The position numbers were made by a program, and so were the translations under genes. From Pseudovirgaria hyperparasitica (taxonomy: Eukaryota): 64,000 bases of DNA. Positions 38,111 to 50,285 of this stretch are shown here, piece by piece (position 1 is the stretch's first letter; each line of letters starts with the position of its first letter). The notes under the pieces were generated by a model that saw only the letters and a program-made list of their open reading frames with translations, did not search any database and was not told the DNA's origin. The stretch lies in assembly GCA_010093815.1 (NCBI GenBank), contig ML996572.1; one strand, given 5' to 3'.

Positions 38111-41100
38111 CTATTCTGCGACCCTCTTGCCCTTCTCGCGCTCTAGCATTTGCCTGAGTTCCTCATTCTCAGTGCGCTCCTCCTCCAACCTGCGCCTCGC
38201 GCCACTGCGATCCAGCAGTCTCGCCTCTCTCTCTGCTTTCAGTCGTCTCTCAAGTTCCTTGAGACGGCTTATCCAGCGCTGGTCTGTCTCGCCGGAATTG
38301 GTATCATCGCTTGTTGTTGGTACTGCATCAGCTGAATGATGGCGTAATAAAGAGCTGCCGACGCTGTGACTGGTTGATGGTGGCTTAGGGATCTTAGAGC
38401 CGCTGGAGCCAAGTACGACCTTTTCGAGGCTGTCGATTCTTTTGGAACGGATGTCCAGCGTATGTTCAAGCGTTTGGAATTCCTTGATCAAGTCGCGTTC
38501 AATGCCGCGGACGTTAGTCCGAAAGCTACCAACCACGCTCTCGATGCTCTTGATAGCCAGGATGAGGTTCTTACTGAACGCTGGGAAATGTTTTCCAATG
38601 CTCTCAATGCTCGGAAGCTCTTTGTTGATCAAGGCATGCTCTTTCGCCCATTCTGTGCCACAAAGCGTCGAAAGACGGTTCCAGGTGGCAAGAAGTAGAT
38701 TGTGTCGCTCGACTAATTGATCGCGGTATTGCGTTTCGTTGGCTGTAGCCTTGCGTCGGTCTGATTGTCTGCTTTTCTCAAGCTCCGCAATGCGCCCTTC
38801 TTGTTTCTGCTGCGCCTGAGACATGACGTATGATGATCGCTCAACCTGTTCATGGCGGGCGCGATCTTGACGACGTCCTTGTCGCTCCTTTTCAAGGAGT
38901 TCCGTTACCCTACGTGTTTCGAGGCCTGCATTTTCAAGAAGAGTGTCTCTGGTACGCAAAAGTCTTTCTCTTTCCGCCAGTTCGTTCTTAGCATCTCTCA
39001 ATCCTTGTATAGTAGTGTCGAGCTCAGTTTGAATCTTAGTAATCTCACGAACCCAACTCGATTTTGTTCCGTCCAACGACCCTAATGCCTCTTTAAGGTT
39101 ACTCTCGAGCTCATTCAACCTTGTCTTCCAGCTCTCGGCTTCGACCTCCTTTGTGGTCAGGCTCTTCTTCAGCCTCCGATTCTCGTCCCTGATTATCGAG
39201 AGTTGGTGGTTCAAGTCGTCGATAAATCTCTGCACTTCGGACTTTTCTTTGGAACTCATCGCTTCTCTTTGCTGCTTCTCTTCTGCATACTGTTGCTGAA
39301 GGTCGTGAACTTTATCTTTCTGCTCCTGCAACGAAGCTTCGCTCGCTGTCAAGCTGACCTCTAGTTCGCCGATTTTGATCTTGTCAGTCTCTTGCTCGTC
39401 TCGCAGGAATGCAGCTTCAGATTGTGTTGACTCTAGTTGGATATCGAGTCTCTCGTTCTTGTTGCTCAGGCTTTGGCATTGTTCGTCCATGATGGACAGT
39501 TCACGGCTAGCGCTGTCTAATTCACGCTCGAGAGATTGAATTTTTCGGCTCTTTGCGTGATCATTGTCTTCGAGCTGAACAACACGGCTGCTTACGTTCC
39601 TCATTTCTGACTGTAAAGCTTCGAAGTCCTCGTTGCGGTGTGTGAGCTCTCGTCGTAGCTGCGCCGTATGGTCTTTCGTAGAGGCAAGCTGTCGTTCCAG
39701 TTCTTGAAGTTCACGGAGAGCTTCTTGCTCAAGATCCTTATACTCGTGTTCTTTGGATTCTACAGTTCGTAGAAGATCATCTCGTTCGGACTGAAGTTCC
39801 TGTGCGTCCTGGAGTGCTTCGTCCCTCTCAATCTTCAGAGTAACGTTCTCCTCCTCGACGTTCGACAGAATGTCAAGATGATTATTGAATTCTCGTTCGA
39901 GGTCTTGGTTGGTCATTTTGATCCGTAAGAGTTCGTTGCGAATCGAGGTTTGTTTATCTTCATAGGCTTCGCGCTCTTGGTCGGCCAAAGTTGTAGCAGA
40001 TGAGGCTCCATCTTGACGATTATAGGCACGAGAGACTGATCTTTCAAGAATACTGTCACCGGAAACCGACTTCGACGCGTCTGCATATCGATGTGTGCGT
40101 TTGAGTTCTTCAATTTCTTGCTGTAGGCGTTCGCGTTCCCGGTTTCGGGAGGCCAACATGGATGTTTGGGCATTCAATTGTCGCTGCAAGACAATGATCT
40201 CTTCACGTTCTTTGGTAAGAGTCTCCGATCTCAAGGGCGTTCTGGGCCATAGTTCCTTGATTGAGACATTTGATGATGATCGAGATCGTGGCGCCAATGC
40301 GAGCTGCTTGGAGCGCTCATTAAGTTGGGCTTGAAGGCTGTGAACGCGTTGATGCAGGGTTAGAGCTTCTTGTTCGGCAGCTGAACGGTAGGCATGCGCT
40401 TCATTGCGCTCGTCACAGAGCACTTGTGCTTCTTGCTCGTAGACGTCCTGTAGGTCTTCCTCAATGTTAGCTGACCCTGTTTTGAAAGACGCGCCTTCCA
40501 TCGTTTTGATGAACTCAGCCATACGTCTACATTCCAACTTCTCGCGCATTGCTTCATTGCGCCAATATTCTACTCTCTCTTCAAGCGTTTCTATTTGGAC
40601 TTCATGCTCTAGGATTTCATCTTCGTGAACGAGAAGGTCTGCACTAGTTTTTGCATCGAAGTCTGAATTATCACTGTTAACATTGGAGTCACGCGTGCAA
40701 GGACGTGTGGAGGAAGTGCCTTCTTGTGCGAAGAGCACCTTCTTGTTAAGATCCTTGATTCTTTGACGCTGTGAGATTGCTTCCTTCTGTTGCAAGACTA
40801 AGGCGGCTTGTAGCCGGACGTTTTCATCTATGATCTTTTGAACATTTTCATCAGATCGTTTGGCTAAGGTCTCATCGAGGAAGAAGATCTTCAGTTTAAG
40901 TGCAAAGTTTTCTTTGGATAGGGTTTCAATCTTGGAGTTCTGCTCTTTAAGGCTGAGACTCGCTGGGTATGGGTTCTTATATGGAGAAGCGACGACAGGA
41001 TCAAACGGATCCATCTTGACTAGGTCGCGTTGCTGTTGTCTTCTGCTATATTCTCTGGCTGTATTGAGTGGAACTTTGATGGATGACACTTGCTTTGAGA

Positions 41101-42334
41101 TGATTGTGTCCGTAGGCGCGATTGGGAGAGTTCTTTGTAGATGAGAAGGAAAAGTAGACGCGAGGGGAGTAGTCGCGGTCTCCTCGCGCAACGCGCCAAG
41201 GCTTGCGTCGCGTCCAACATCCACAGTAGCTGGTACCCTTGCGTTGCCCAGGGGATTGGTAGAGTCCACGTATGAGTCTTCTCCTGACATAGACGAAGCA
41301 ATGCTCCCGAGGCTGGGTAGGCGTGACAAAGCCATGCTCACACGGTTCTGCCCCCGACCATGAAACGAGGAGACTGCACCTCCGCTCTGCAAAGCATAGT
41401 CCGCGCCGAGAGTGCCTTCACTCGTGCCTTCTCCGGATACATCTGACCGATTGGCGATAGATGATTGCGAAGATCGTTGGCTTGCATATCTGTTCCTCAG
41501 GTAGTGCGGTCGCTTCTGAACATGTAAGGAAGGCGCACTAGAGACTTTTCGAGAGATGGTAGGCAACGATACTTCTGCCATCGAAAAGCTGGAGTTTACC
41601 TCATCGAGAGCAGATTCATCAATGTCAAGCCGGGGCTCAGTGGCTTTGACCGTTGAGGCACGAGAGTGAGTCCTCTGAGGCTCATCTGCTGACGCGCTAG
41701 GAGGACTCTCAACCTCGTTACGGACATCGGCCACAGCTCTCGATGCGTTTCGTTGTGCTGCAGCTGCCAACGGCGACGACGGTACATTTTCCGATGTCGA
41801 CGCACCTCCTTCATAATCCGGCATGTCATCAAGTTCTGTGTGCGTGGAACGAGACTTTGATAGTCTTGCGGCAGGTGTCTTATAAGCGTCTGCAGGGGTC
41901 AAAGGGGATTCCTGGTCTCCATGGTCATGGTCCTGATCCTGATCCTGATCCTGATCCTGGTCCTGGTCTTCGTGTTCCGTCCCCCGGAGCCAGTCACGCT
42001 CCTCCTCGCGATGAGGTTCAAGAAGCCATGGTCTGCGTTCCTCACGGTCTGTAATCGCGCGCCCCCCGAAAACAAATGTATCATCAACTCCAGTCAGGCC
42101 TCCTATATCCTGACCAGCTGTTACATCGGGCAGAAAACTTGATTCCATGTCCATCAGCCTTCTCCTCATTTCTTTCTCCATCAAAGCACTACCATCTATC
42201 TCAGCAGGACTTCGGTTCACCTCGCTCTTGTTGTTCAAAAAGCTGTCATCATCGGCGGTCGGCAGTGGAGGTAGGTCAGAGTCGGGCTGTTCGAACGACC
42301 GGACGGCATCATCATCTTGGCTTTCCGAAGCCAT
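38111..42334 (-). CDS. apsB: Spindle-pole-body/MTOC coiled-coil protein ApsB/Mto1 (centrosomin CM1 motif, C-terminal Mto2-binding-type motif)
   Basis: SLKEQNSKIETLSKENFALKLKIFFL (CM1), long coiled coil and QRWISRLKELERRLKAEREARLLDRSGARRRL. Confidence 0.85.
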   Translation of the reverse strand: MASESQDDDAVRSFEQPDSDLPPLPTADDDSFLNNKSEVNRSPAEIDGSALMEKEMRRRLMDMESSFLPDVTAGQDIGGLTGVDDTFVFGGRAITDREERRPWLLEPHREEERDWLRGTEHEDQDQDQDQDQDQDHDHGDQESPLTPADAYKTPAARLSKSRSTHTELDDMPDYEGGASTSENVPSSPLAAAAQRNASRAVADVRNEVESPPSASADEPQRTHSRASTVKATEPRLDIDESALDEVNSSFSMAEVSLPTISRKVSSAPSLHVQKRPHYLRNRYASQRSSQSSIANRSDVSGEGTSEGTLGADYALQSGGAVSSFHGRGQNRVSMALSRLPSLGSIASSMSGEDSYVDSTNPLGNARVPATVDVGRDASLGALREETATTPLASTFPSHLQRTLPIAPTDTIISKQVSSIKVPLNTAREYSRRQQQRDLVKMDPFDPVVASPYKNPYPASLSLKEQNSKIETLSKENFALKLKIFFLDETLAKRSDENVQKIIDENVRLQAALVLQQKEAISQRQRIKDLNKKVLFAQEGTSSTRPCTRDSNVNSDNSDFDAKTSADLLVHEDEILEHEVQIETLEERVEYWRNEAMREKLECRRMAEFIKTMEGASFKTGSANIEEDLQDVYEQEAQVLCDERNEAHAYRSAAEQEALTLHQRVHSLQAQLNERSKQLALAPRSRSSSNVSIKELWPRTPLRSETLTKEREEIIVLQRQLNAQTSMLASRNRERERLQQEIEELKRTHRYADASKSVSGDSILERSVSRAYNRQDGASSATTLADQEREAYEDKQTSIRNELLRIKMTNQDLEREFNNHLDILSNVEEENVTLKIERDEALQDAQELQSERDDLLRTVESKEHEYKDLEQEALRELQELERQLASTKDHTAQLRRELTHRNEDFEALQSEMRNVSSRVVQLEDNDHAKSRKIQSLERELDSASRELSIMDEQCQSLSNKNERLDIQLESTQSEAAFLRDEQETDKIKIGELEVSLTASEASLQEQKDKVHDLQQQYAEEKQQREAMSSKEKSEVQRFIDDLNHQLSIIRDENRRLKKSLTTKEVEAESWKTRLNELESNLKEALGSLDGTKSSWVREITKIQTELDTTIQGLRDAKNELAERERLLRTRDTLLENAGLETRRVTELLEKERQGRRQDRARHEQVERSSYVMSQAQQKQEGRIAELEKSRQSDRRKATANETQYRDQLVERHNLLLATWNRLSTLCGTEWAKEHALINKELPSIESIGKHFPAFSKNLILAIKSIESVVGSFRTNVRGIERDLIKEFQTLEHTLDIRSKRIDSLEKVVLGSSGSKIPKPPSTSHSVGSSLLRHHSADAVPTTSDDTNSGETDQRWISRLKELERRLKAEREARLLDRSGARRRLEEERTENEELRQMLEREKGKRVAE
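41931..41966. repeat. Hexanucleotide microsatellite (TCCTGA/TCCTGG)x6 encoding a DQ repeat in ApsB
   Basis: Directly visible tandem repeat. Confidence 0.9.
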
Positions 42335-43383
42335 GGTGGCCCATGTATATACCACTATCGCGGTATAAGCGTTATATGTCGTATGCGCTTCTGAAACCTT
42401 TACATGCGTGCCTTGGTATACCACTGAGGTCTAGTATAGCTCGGGCGGCGTTACCCGGCGTTTCCCAGCGTTTCGTCCAAGTTCTGGATGATATTCCGCC
42501 GGTACGTGCAAATATAGCACTGTTAGAGACGCAGAGCGACACGTGGGGCAGCACCAAGTCGGTATGGTGAGTAGCAAAGGTGCGCAAGTTGATCCTGTAT
42601 CGGAGATGAAGCGAGGCAAGATGACGCGTGACGAAACTGGCGAAAACGACTTAGTCACGCTGAGCCCGAAGTCGGGTGACGTTCAAGAGAGAGACTCTTC
42701 GTTGAGAGGCTTTCGAAGCAGACGAGTAAAAGAATGTGAGATCAAAGAGTGTCAGTATGAGAGCGCTTCTCACAGTGGGAAGAGATGAACCAGTCGCGTC
42801 GCCGTGAGGAACGCGCCAGGTGATGTTGGAATAAACCCTGCAAAAGCAGTGTCGCTAAACGACCTGGGCTTAGCTTGCTCCACCAAACATACCCTCGCTA
42901 TGACGGGCACTAAGTTGCTGTGTATGCTTCTTGGTGGGGTCACTGCAGCCCTATGGCTGGGCTTACTTCAAACGGACAATTGACTTCCAACTCGCGGAGA
43001 AGGTGAAATTAAAGCAAGGAGTCCATGCGAGAGACGTGGGCCAGGGTAGAACATTTCTCGGAGCGTGAGTTCTAAGTTGAGAGCTATACATTAAACTCGC
43101 AGCAATTAATACTTCGACCTTTTAAGATAAATGCATTCCACGCATGGAAAAACATAAGGCAACACCTGTACTCAGGCGCTTGAGGGTGGCATCGAAAGCA
43201 TGTGACATATATTACAGGGGTCCTAGACGGCTGTTGAAATGTCAATTGTGTAGATAGAGCAGAACTTATGCCAGAACTGCGCATCGAAACATATTGATAT
43301 CAAGACTTCAGGACATTCACTCCTGTTCTGAAAGAGGCTTAGTTATATCAGAGAGATAAACCTCCAACTAATCTGATAGGGTA

Positions 43384-44661
43384 TCACTCGACATTTATAT
43401 CTCTCTTCTTCTTCTTACGCCTCCTGTCCTCGTCGTGTTCGTCCTTTTTACGTTTCTTCCCGCTACTGCTATCCCTTTCCTTGTCCTTTGATTTCGTAGA
43501 TGTTTTGTCTCGATTCTTCGACTTCTTTACTGACTCTTTCAGAGCGGGTTTGGCTCCTACTCGTTTCTCCTGAGAAGGAACAGCTTTACAATCATCGCTA
43601 TCTGACCACTCCAACGTTGTACCTTGGTCTTGTGTTTGACCTGACATTCGAAATCGCATTCGCAGACCCTTCGGCTGCTGCCTAAGTGGCCTCGAAGCTG
43701 GAACCTCGTACGATGTAGTTGGGTTCGGAAGGTCTATGATACGCTGAAGCTGTAGAGTTTCAGAGATAGTAGAGCGTACTGCCATTATAGATGAGTATAT
43801 TGGAACACAACCACACATTTTAAACTGACTTGGGAAGTATCTTGATCCTTTGGGTACGAGCACCCTCGTCTCTTTGCATGCTTGTCCGTCTTGGCGAGCT
43901 ACGCCGTATTTGACACCTTCGTGTGAAGTGAGCGTCAACTGTTGCTTTGCTTTTATTACACCCTTAATATCTAGGGCTTCGATATCCGCTAGAGATATTC
44001 TTGCCGGCGCAATTATATGAATTATTTGTTTTCCTCGAAGATTTGCGTCTGAAAGTATATTGGTCGAATCGTGCAGCTTCACGTCTCCAATGCCCAGCTC
44101 CTTAAAACCCGAGGGAGGTATGAAAGCAGGTCTGTTAACTACAGCAGTGCTATCGCTGGTTGTACTGCTTGCTGTTGTTTCGTCTTCCGTGGTACCATCG
44201 TCTGCGGCGATCTCGTCTGCAATGCCATGATCTGTAGCGGCATGATCGGAGCCATCGCCTTCGGTGGCATCAGAACTCTCTGAAGTACTGCTAGAATCGT
44301 CCTCTTCCACTTCCATCTCTAGTCTGAGTTCTGGGAGTCTAGGGGAAGCTTGCTGGGCTTTGCTGCAGCAGGATGCCGATCCATTCGAGTTCGCATTTGA
44401 TAGGGTCTTATTGGAAGATGCCGAGAGCGGTGTTTTACTTGACACGTTCGGAAGTGGGATTGGTGTTTCTTGAATACGAACCGCTGCTTTTTTCGCCTTC
44501 AAAGCTTGTGGCTTTCTCTCTTTCGGCGTGATGTGGTTGGTCTTTGGGACAGGAATTTGACCTGCGGAATCGTCTTCACTGCTGTTAACATATTCTGCAC
44601 TTCTGAAACTCTTTTGAGCACCAGACGTAGGCACTCCTTTCTTTGTTTTCCCAATTGCCAT
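43384..44661 (-). CDS. RPA34: RNA polymerase I subunit A34.5 (RPA34)-like protein
   Basis: FIPPSGF, LRGKQIIHIIAPARISL, RQQPKGLRMRF and a Lys-rich C-terminus; probable 51-nt intron 43779-43829. Confidence 0.75.
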   Translation of the reverse strand: MAIGKTKKGVPTSGAQKSFRSAEYVNSSEDDSAGQIPVPKTNHITPKERKPQALKAKKAAVRIQETPIPLPNVSSKTPLSASSNKTLSNANSNGSASCCSKAQQASPRLPELRLEMEVEEDDSSSTSESSDATEGDGSDHAATDHGIADEIAADDGTTEDETTASSTTSDSTAVVNRPAFIPPSGFKELGIGDVKLHDSTNILSDANLRGKQIIHIIAPARISLADIEALDIKGVIKAKQQLTLTSHEGVKYGVARQDGQACKETRVLVPKGSRYFPSQFKMCGCVPIYSSIMAVRSTISETLQLQRIIDLPNPTTSYEVPASRPLRQQPKGLRMRFRMSGQTQDQGTTLEWSDSDDCKAVPSQEKRVGAKPALKESVKKSKNRDKTSTKSKDKERDSSSGKKRKKDEHDEDRRRKKKKRDINVE

Positions 44662-44962
44662 TGTTCCTAGCTGTGCATTTGTGGTACGTTGAGTGATATG
44701 GGCAGATTCTTTCTCTAAGACGACGCTTTCAAAAAAAAAGTTCCCGTGTCGGAAGTCCGCCCTGCCAAGGACCCGCTGTGGCTGAAGTCCCGCTCCGCTC
44801 TACTTTTCTTACGTGTAGACCGTGCGTCTTCGATTTCTTCAGGTGCCCCAAAGGCTATGCAGTAACTATCAGGAAGATCTCGACGCGTGGAGTGATTCTT
44901 CACGAACGAATCCCAAGGACGCCACATTCGAACCACGACTGTTCACCAAGTCCGCGCTACAA

Positions 44963-47056
44963 ATGTCTAAAAGAAAGCTCGGTGAATACACGACCATTAG
45001 CAACGGTCCGCAGCACTTCAGTGATTCGATGCCTAGCTAATATTTCCAAGGCCATGTAAAGTCGGAACGCACCTTGACCGCATTCGAGGTAGCACGGGCT
45101 CGACTTCAAGCAGCTGAATCTGCAGATGCAAAGGCGGTATTGACAGAACCCACTTTTGATGATGGAGACTCTCCATATGAATCGAATGATGAAGATGGTG
45201 CTACGATCATCTCTTCGGATGCCATCCCAGTCGATGACTCTGGAGTTTCCAGGGAGGATCAGAAAGTCATGTCAACTTGGCTAGCCTCGGACCAATCAAT
45301 CCTCAACAGCGATGCATTCAGCGTAACACTTCGCATGAAGTATCATGATCGACTTGCCAACCTTGGAACATACTCTTTACGAGTACTTCGTGGGACAGTA
45401 TCCATGCTCGGTGCTGATTTTACCAACAAGAGCCCAGCCCAGCGAGTGCTGGCGAGCGCAACTCAAGCACTCCCGCTAATTGTTTGCACTTCGACTACAG
45501 GTGCAGATATCTTACTCTTCAATCTCCGCCGACCTATGCAAGCACTTTGTCGTATTTCTCCGTTATATAGGTCTCTGTGGAATACAGAAGCTATACAGAG
45601 TCCAGAAGATGCGAGCTCTCGACGTTCATTTGACAGAATCGACCGCAGCGATCAGGATCCTCTTGGGCGTCCACTTACCGCGCTCCACGTTCCTGAAAGT
45701 GTCAAGGATGTACTTGTCGCTGGTATTAACGCTAAAGATCCCCCAGTAATTCTGGTCGCAGGCCCGAGGCAATGTGGAAAATCAACATTCATCAAGCTAC
45801 TGCTCAATAACATCTTGAGCCGCAACCAGAGCCACTCCGCTCAGAACCCTGGTTCAAAGCGGACAACAGTGCTGGTACTGGATCTTAAATACCAATGTCC
45901 AGCGTATACGCCCCCTGGGCAAATATCTCTCGTTGAGATATATAAGGACTCGTACGAAGCGGCCCATTGTCAATCCTACAGACCTGATAACTCATATCGT
46001 CGAACCTTGCGAGCCCATGCAATGTCTAAAGAGCTATGGGAAGACGATCCAACTTATTCCACAAAGTGTGTGGCGGACTTGTTGTCATACTGTGGCATGT
46101 CTCTGTACGCAAAACCACCTTTGATAATCAACACGAACGCCTACCGCTCGACCTCAGACTTGTATAGTCTTGTGAGCTTGTCAAAGGAGGCATGTGTAAC
46201 GCGATTCATCCTTATGGGCTTGGACCCCTACCATGAAGGCTTACTGCGTGACGCACTACCGATAACAATGCAGGGTAAATACGACGTCATTAGGTTACCA
46301 AGTCTCGGGATTATAAACCGAGTTCGGAGCGAGCAACAGCTGCAAGCTATACAGATCATGAGCTACTTTCACGAAAGGGCGCTATATTCCTCTATCGATA
46401 CCTCTGAATGGGATCCTACACCTCTCGACAATTTACCACGCTTCGTCGTCAGCTATGGTGGGTGTTCGCGCGGCTTTGCAGGAATCATCTTATCGCCTTC
46501 TATCGTTACGTCTCTCAGACATGTCGTTCTTGAAGGGAGTATCGTTACCCTTATCGCCACCGAAGATCCAGCATTCACTGCTCAATATCAAAACTCGCTG
46601 GAGCCCGGAGTTCACTCGCTACCATACATAGCAAAAAACGATATGGATTTTGTAATGCCCGACCCTACTTGTTCTTGTGTCGTTGGTATGGCTATCGTGG
46701 CACGCATCGATTTCAACAGTAAAACAATTGAATTGATCATACCACGCTTATGTGAAGAATCATTGAGCAAATACAAGCCCGAAAATATCGTTCTACTCCA
46801 TGGATGTTTTCCCAATCCGGACTGGGCATACAAAGAACGATTATCTGCAGATCGGCATGATGTTGCTGCAAAATCGAGCGTTCTGGACAATGCTGATAAT
46901 CGCTGGGCCACATCGCAAGTATTACAGATAGTGCATCACCAAGTTAGGTCGCATCCATGGGTCATGGATAGTGGAGCCGTCGCAAAAGCGTTCTGGGCGA
47001 ATATCAAGATCGAACACCATGAAGTGACCAATATTCAAGAGCTCCAATACAAGTGA
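44963..47056 (+). CDS. GRC3: Polynucleotide 5'-hydroxyl kinase Grc3/Nol9 (Clp1 family); short first exon
   Basis: MSKRKL exon, LRVLRGTVSMLGA, Walker A GPRQCGKSTF, AYTPPGQISL, PPLIINT and VVGMAIVARIDF...LII. Confidence 0.8.
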
Positions 47057-47068
47057 TATATTCCCAAT

Positions 47069-48253
47069 CTAGCCGATGAGCTTCGTCAAATTTTCTGCCA
47101 GCGACACAGGTGCCTCTTCCGGCAGAAAGTGGCCTGCTTTCTCGCCAACCGGCACGAAGACCCCAGATTCACCGCCATCAGCCATATAACGACCCCATAT
47201 CTCTGGGCAATTGAAGCGACTGCCGAGATATGTGGCACTCCACATCGCTAGAAATGGGCCTTTGAATTTTCTTCCTTCCTTCTGGTCCTTGACTTGTCTT
47301 TCAAAATCAATACCAGCACCACACTCATAGTCCATACACGCCGCACGCAGATTCTCGGGCTTTGAAAACGCCTGAGCATATACCTCTTGGGCAGATTCTG
47401 TTTCTATCTGCTCCTTTAGACCAGCCCAGCGGATACACATCTTCTTACACCACTTTGCTGCTCCGTATGCACTGATCATAGCAGTCGCCATTTCCACATT
47501 CGCCAGAAAAGGCCAGTGGAAGGTTGATTTAGCAACGCGGCCGTGCTCGAAAGACGCCCACTGCTCGATCTCAGGGACGGTGTCAATGCATGCGGTGCCC
47601 TTGAGCTCGAATTCTTGGAGGATACTCGCAATTGGTGTATCACGTCCGATGGCGGCGGGCCAGGCGAAATCGGTGGCAAGGCGGTGACACACTCGAGCGC
47701 CGCGATCGTGGCCCGCGAGAACGACTGGTATCGGACGAGGTGAATGCTTCAAGAGTTTACTTAGGGCCTCCAAGATCGCGTAGCCAACGGTGCGTTTATC
47801 AGAGCCAGCAGACGAAGGAGTTGATTCACCATATCCTGGCATCTGTCACACTGTCAATGGAAAGTTCTATTCAAGCCTATGCGCGCCATACATCAGGGAT
47901 GAAGATTGGCTGGTTGGCCGGGAGATGCTGAATGACCTATACGTGCAATGGTAAGTGACGGAATACATGTCTCTTGCACGATTTCCACAAACTTTGCGCC
48001 ATCTATGACATGGGTTAGCGTATCACTATAATTCACACAGTGGCACTTGCAGATAATTTCTATCAAGTCATTAGCGGATATTCTACTGACAAGCACCATC
48101 CAGATGAACTCACGTATTCGGAAACCCATGGATCAATACAAGCACTGGTTTCTCCAACTGTGTCGGTAACCGTGCATGACTGAACAGCTCAGATCCGCAG
48201 GTCGTTTTTGTGGTCTGTGACGTCAAGCCTGGTGCCTGTAGTTGCAAAGCCAT
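47069..48253 (-). CDS. Alpha/beta hydrolase (epoxide hydrolase/fluoroacetate dehalogenase family), with micro-exons
   Basis: VLIHGFPNT, PD/MPGYGES, nucleophile motif GHDRGAR, FHWPFLA and GHFLPEEAP. Confidence 0.88.
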
Positions 48254-48740
48254 ATCACTTCCTTTCGGTGGCACGGAAAAGTCCCCGACGTGCAATTTTA
48301 CGGGAGAGTAAAACGCTCGAAGTAGTCTATGTACAACAAAGTGTTTTCATGGACGGTCGTCCGGAGAACCTAGCACATTTGACTGATTTGTAACCTGTCA
48401 GGAATGTCGACTGCGGGGTAATAACATCCATCCATAATTTTGACACTCTGTTTTGTGGGGGCGAAAGGCCTAGCTTTCTCAGGCATACGAAACACGCACT
48501 TCCGGACAGCGCAGGGCGTCCAACCATTAGATGGTTTGATATGCATATACTGATCTTTGGTTTATGGAAGATGCCTCTGCCAATTCCCTACAGGTGCGAA
48601 GTAACCCAGGTGCACAGTCGAAGCCAACGTAAGTCCGAGTTGTGCCATGATCCAAGTTATGGACTAGTGGACCATAGGCTGATTGCTGTGCGCGGAAGCT
48701 CTACTTCAGATTACTATACAAGCAGTCACCATGGTTTCAC

Positions 48741-49919
48741 TTATGCTTTCAATTCCGCCAAATACTCCTTGCTGAAAGGATAATCGATGTAACCTTCAGG
48801 ACCAGAGGAGTAGAAGGTTTCCCGGTTGTACTTATTCAACGGAATCCCTCGCTTAATTCTGTACGGGAGGTCTGGAGTGCTGATATAATAGCGACCAAAA
48901 GCGATGGTGACGTTGTCAGCCGTATACACCTCGTTGACAACTTTCGCTGCCTTTTCTTCGGTGAATCCACCAGCCAGCATGATTGGAGCCTCCGTACCCC
49001 ATAGTTCGACGAATTTGTCGTTCTCCCTAGTCAGTACATGGTAGTCGCCGTCGACTGCAGTCGTGTTGTATCCCACTCTACTTTCTACGAGGTGGAGGTA
49101 CGACAGATTGAGCTTCTTCAGCTCCTGAATGATATGCGAGAACTGCGGGACTGGATCTTCCATCTTCATACGCTGACCCGTGGCCCAAGGCGAAAGGCGC
49201 ATGGCAACTTTTTTACTATCTCCTACGGCTGCGATCACGGCCTTGGTCACCTCGATGCCGAATCGTGCGCGGTTCTCGATACTACCGCCGTATGTGTCTG
49301 TTCGCTTATTCGTCACATCTTGCCAAAACTGGTCGATTAGATAGCCATTCGCCTGTCTATATCAGCCTTTACAACCACATATACTACTGTTCCAGCCGAG
49401 ACTTACACCATGGAGTTCTACACCGTCAAAGCCCGCAATCATGGCATTTTCAGCTGCATCCACATAGTCCTGGATCACTAACTTGATATCATCCTCCGTC
49501 AACGGCTTCGGCGTCGGCTTCGTCTCGTCAACTGGCACGTCACTTGCGCTCTGTACATCGAAACCATCTCTTGCCAAGACATCCTCGTTCGCCACACGTC
49601 CCAACGCCCACAATTGACAATAAATATAGCAGCCTTTGGCATGTACGGCGTCCGTGATCTCCTTCCAGGCCGCTCGTTGGCCATAGTTCCAGATACCTGG
49701 GATCCTATCGTATCCCCCGCATCGTGGCGAAATGAATGTTGCTTCGGTGATGAGCAACGTCCCGGGTGAGGAGGCACGCTGGGCGTAATATTCTTTCGCG
49801 TCGGGACTTGGGGTGTGACTTTCGTCCGCACGAAATCGTGTGAGGGGCGCCATGATCACTCGATGGTCGAGATTGAGGCCACCCAGTTTGATGGGCTTGA
49901 AGAGCTTGTCGATAGACAT
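48741..49919 (-). CDS. Old yellow enzyme (NADH:flavin oxidoreductase) (1 intron)
   Basis: HRVIMAPLTRFRA, YYAQRAS, QLWALGR, AGFDGVELHG/ANGYLIDQF, NKRTDTYGGSIENRARF and FGRYYISTPDL. Confidence 0.96.
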
Positions 49920-50285
49920 CCTGGAAATCTGTAGATCTTTGGTTACCTTGCGGATAGCACTGAATTTGCAATTCAGGAAGAGATTTGGAAAGTGACTGCT
50001 TGTCCGTCTGCGTTCGCAGTGAGGCTGTGATAACTTTGCCACGGAATGATAGAAGCAAGAGGATTTGTCGAATGATACGTTCTCAACCGGTCGATACGTT
50101 GTAATGATAATTAAAGCATTGTTGAATGATTCCTAATCGGGCTAGTAATGCCTCGGCTGCTGCCTTTCGGCTGCCATGGTACATGATGTCATTACATGGG
50201 ACTATTATTGCATGGGACTCGTCTTCCTAGGCAGTGAACAACTCAGATGTGAGTGAGACTTGCCAATAGTCTCACGCTTCGATGA

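Noticed and set aside
42335..42424. ORF-track N-terminal extension of ApsB starting at GTG 42424
   Set aside because: Non-ATG start; the in-frame ATG at 42334 has a good Kozak context (GCCACCATGG).
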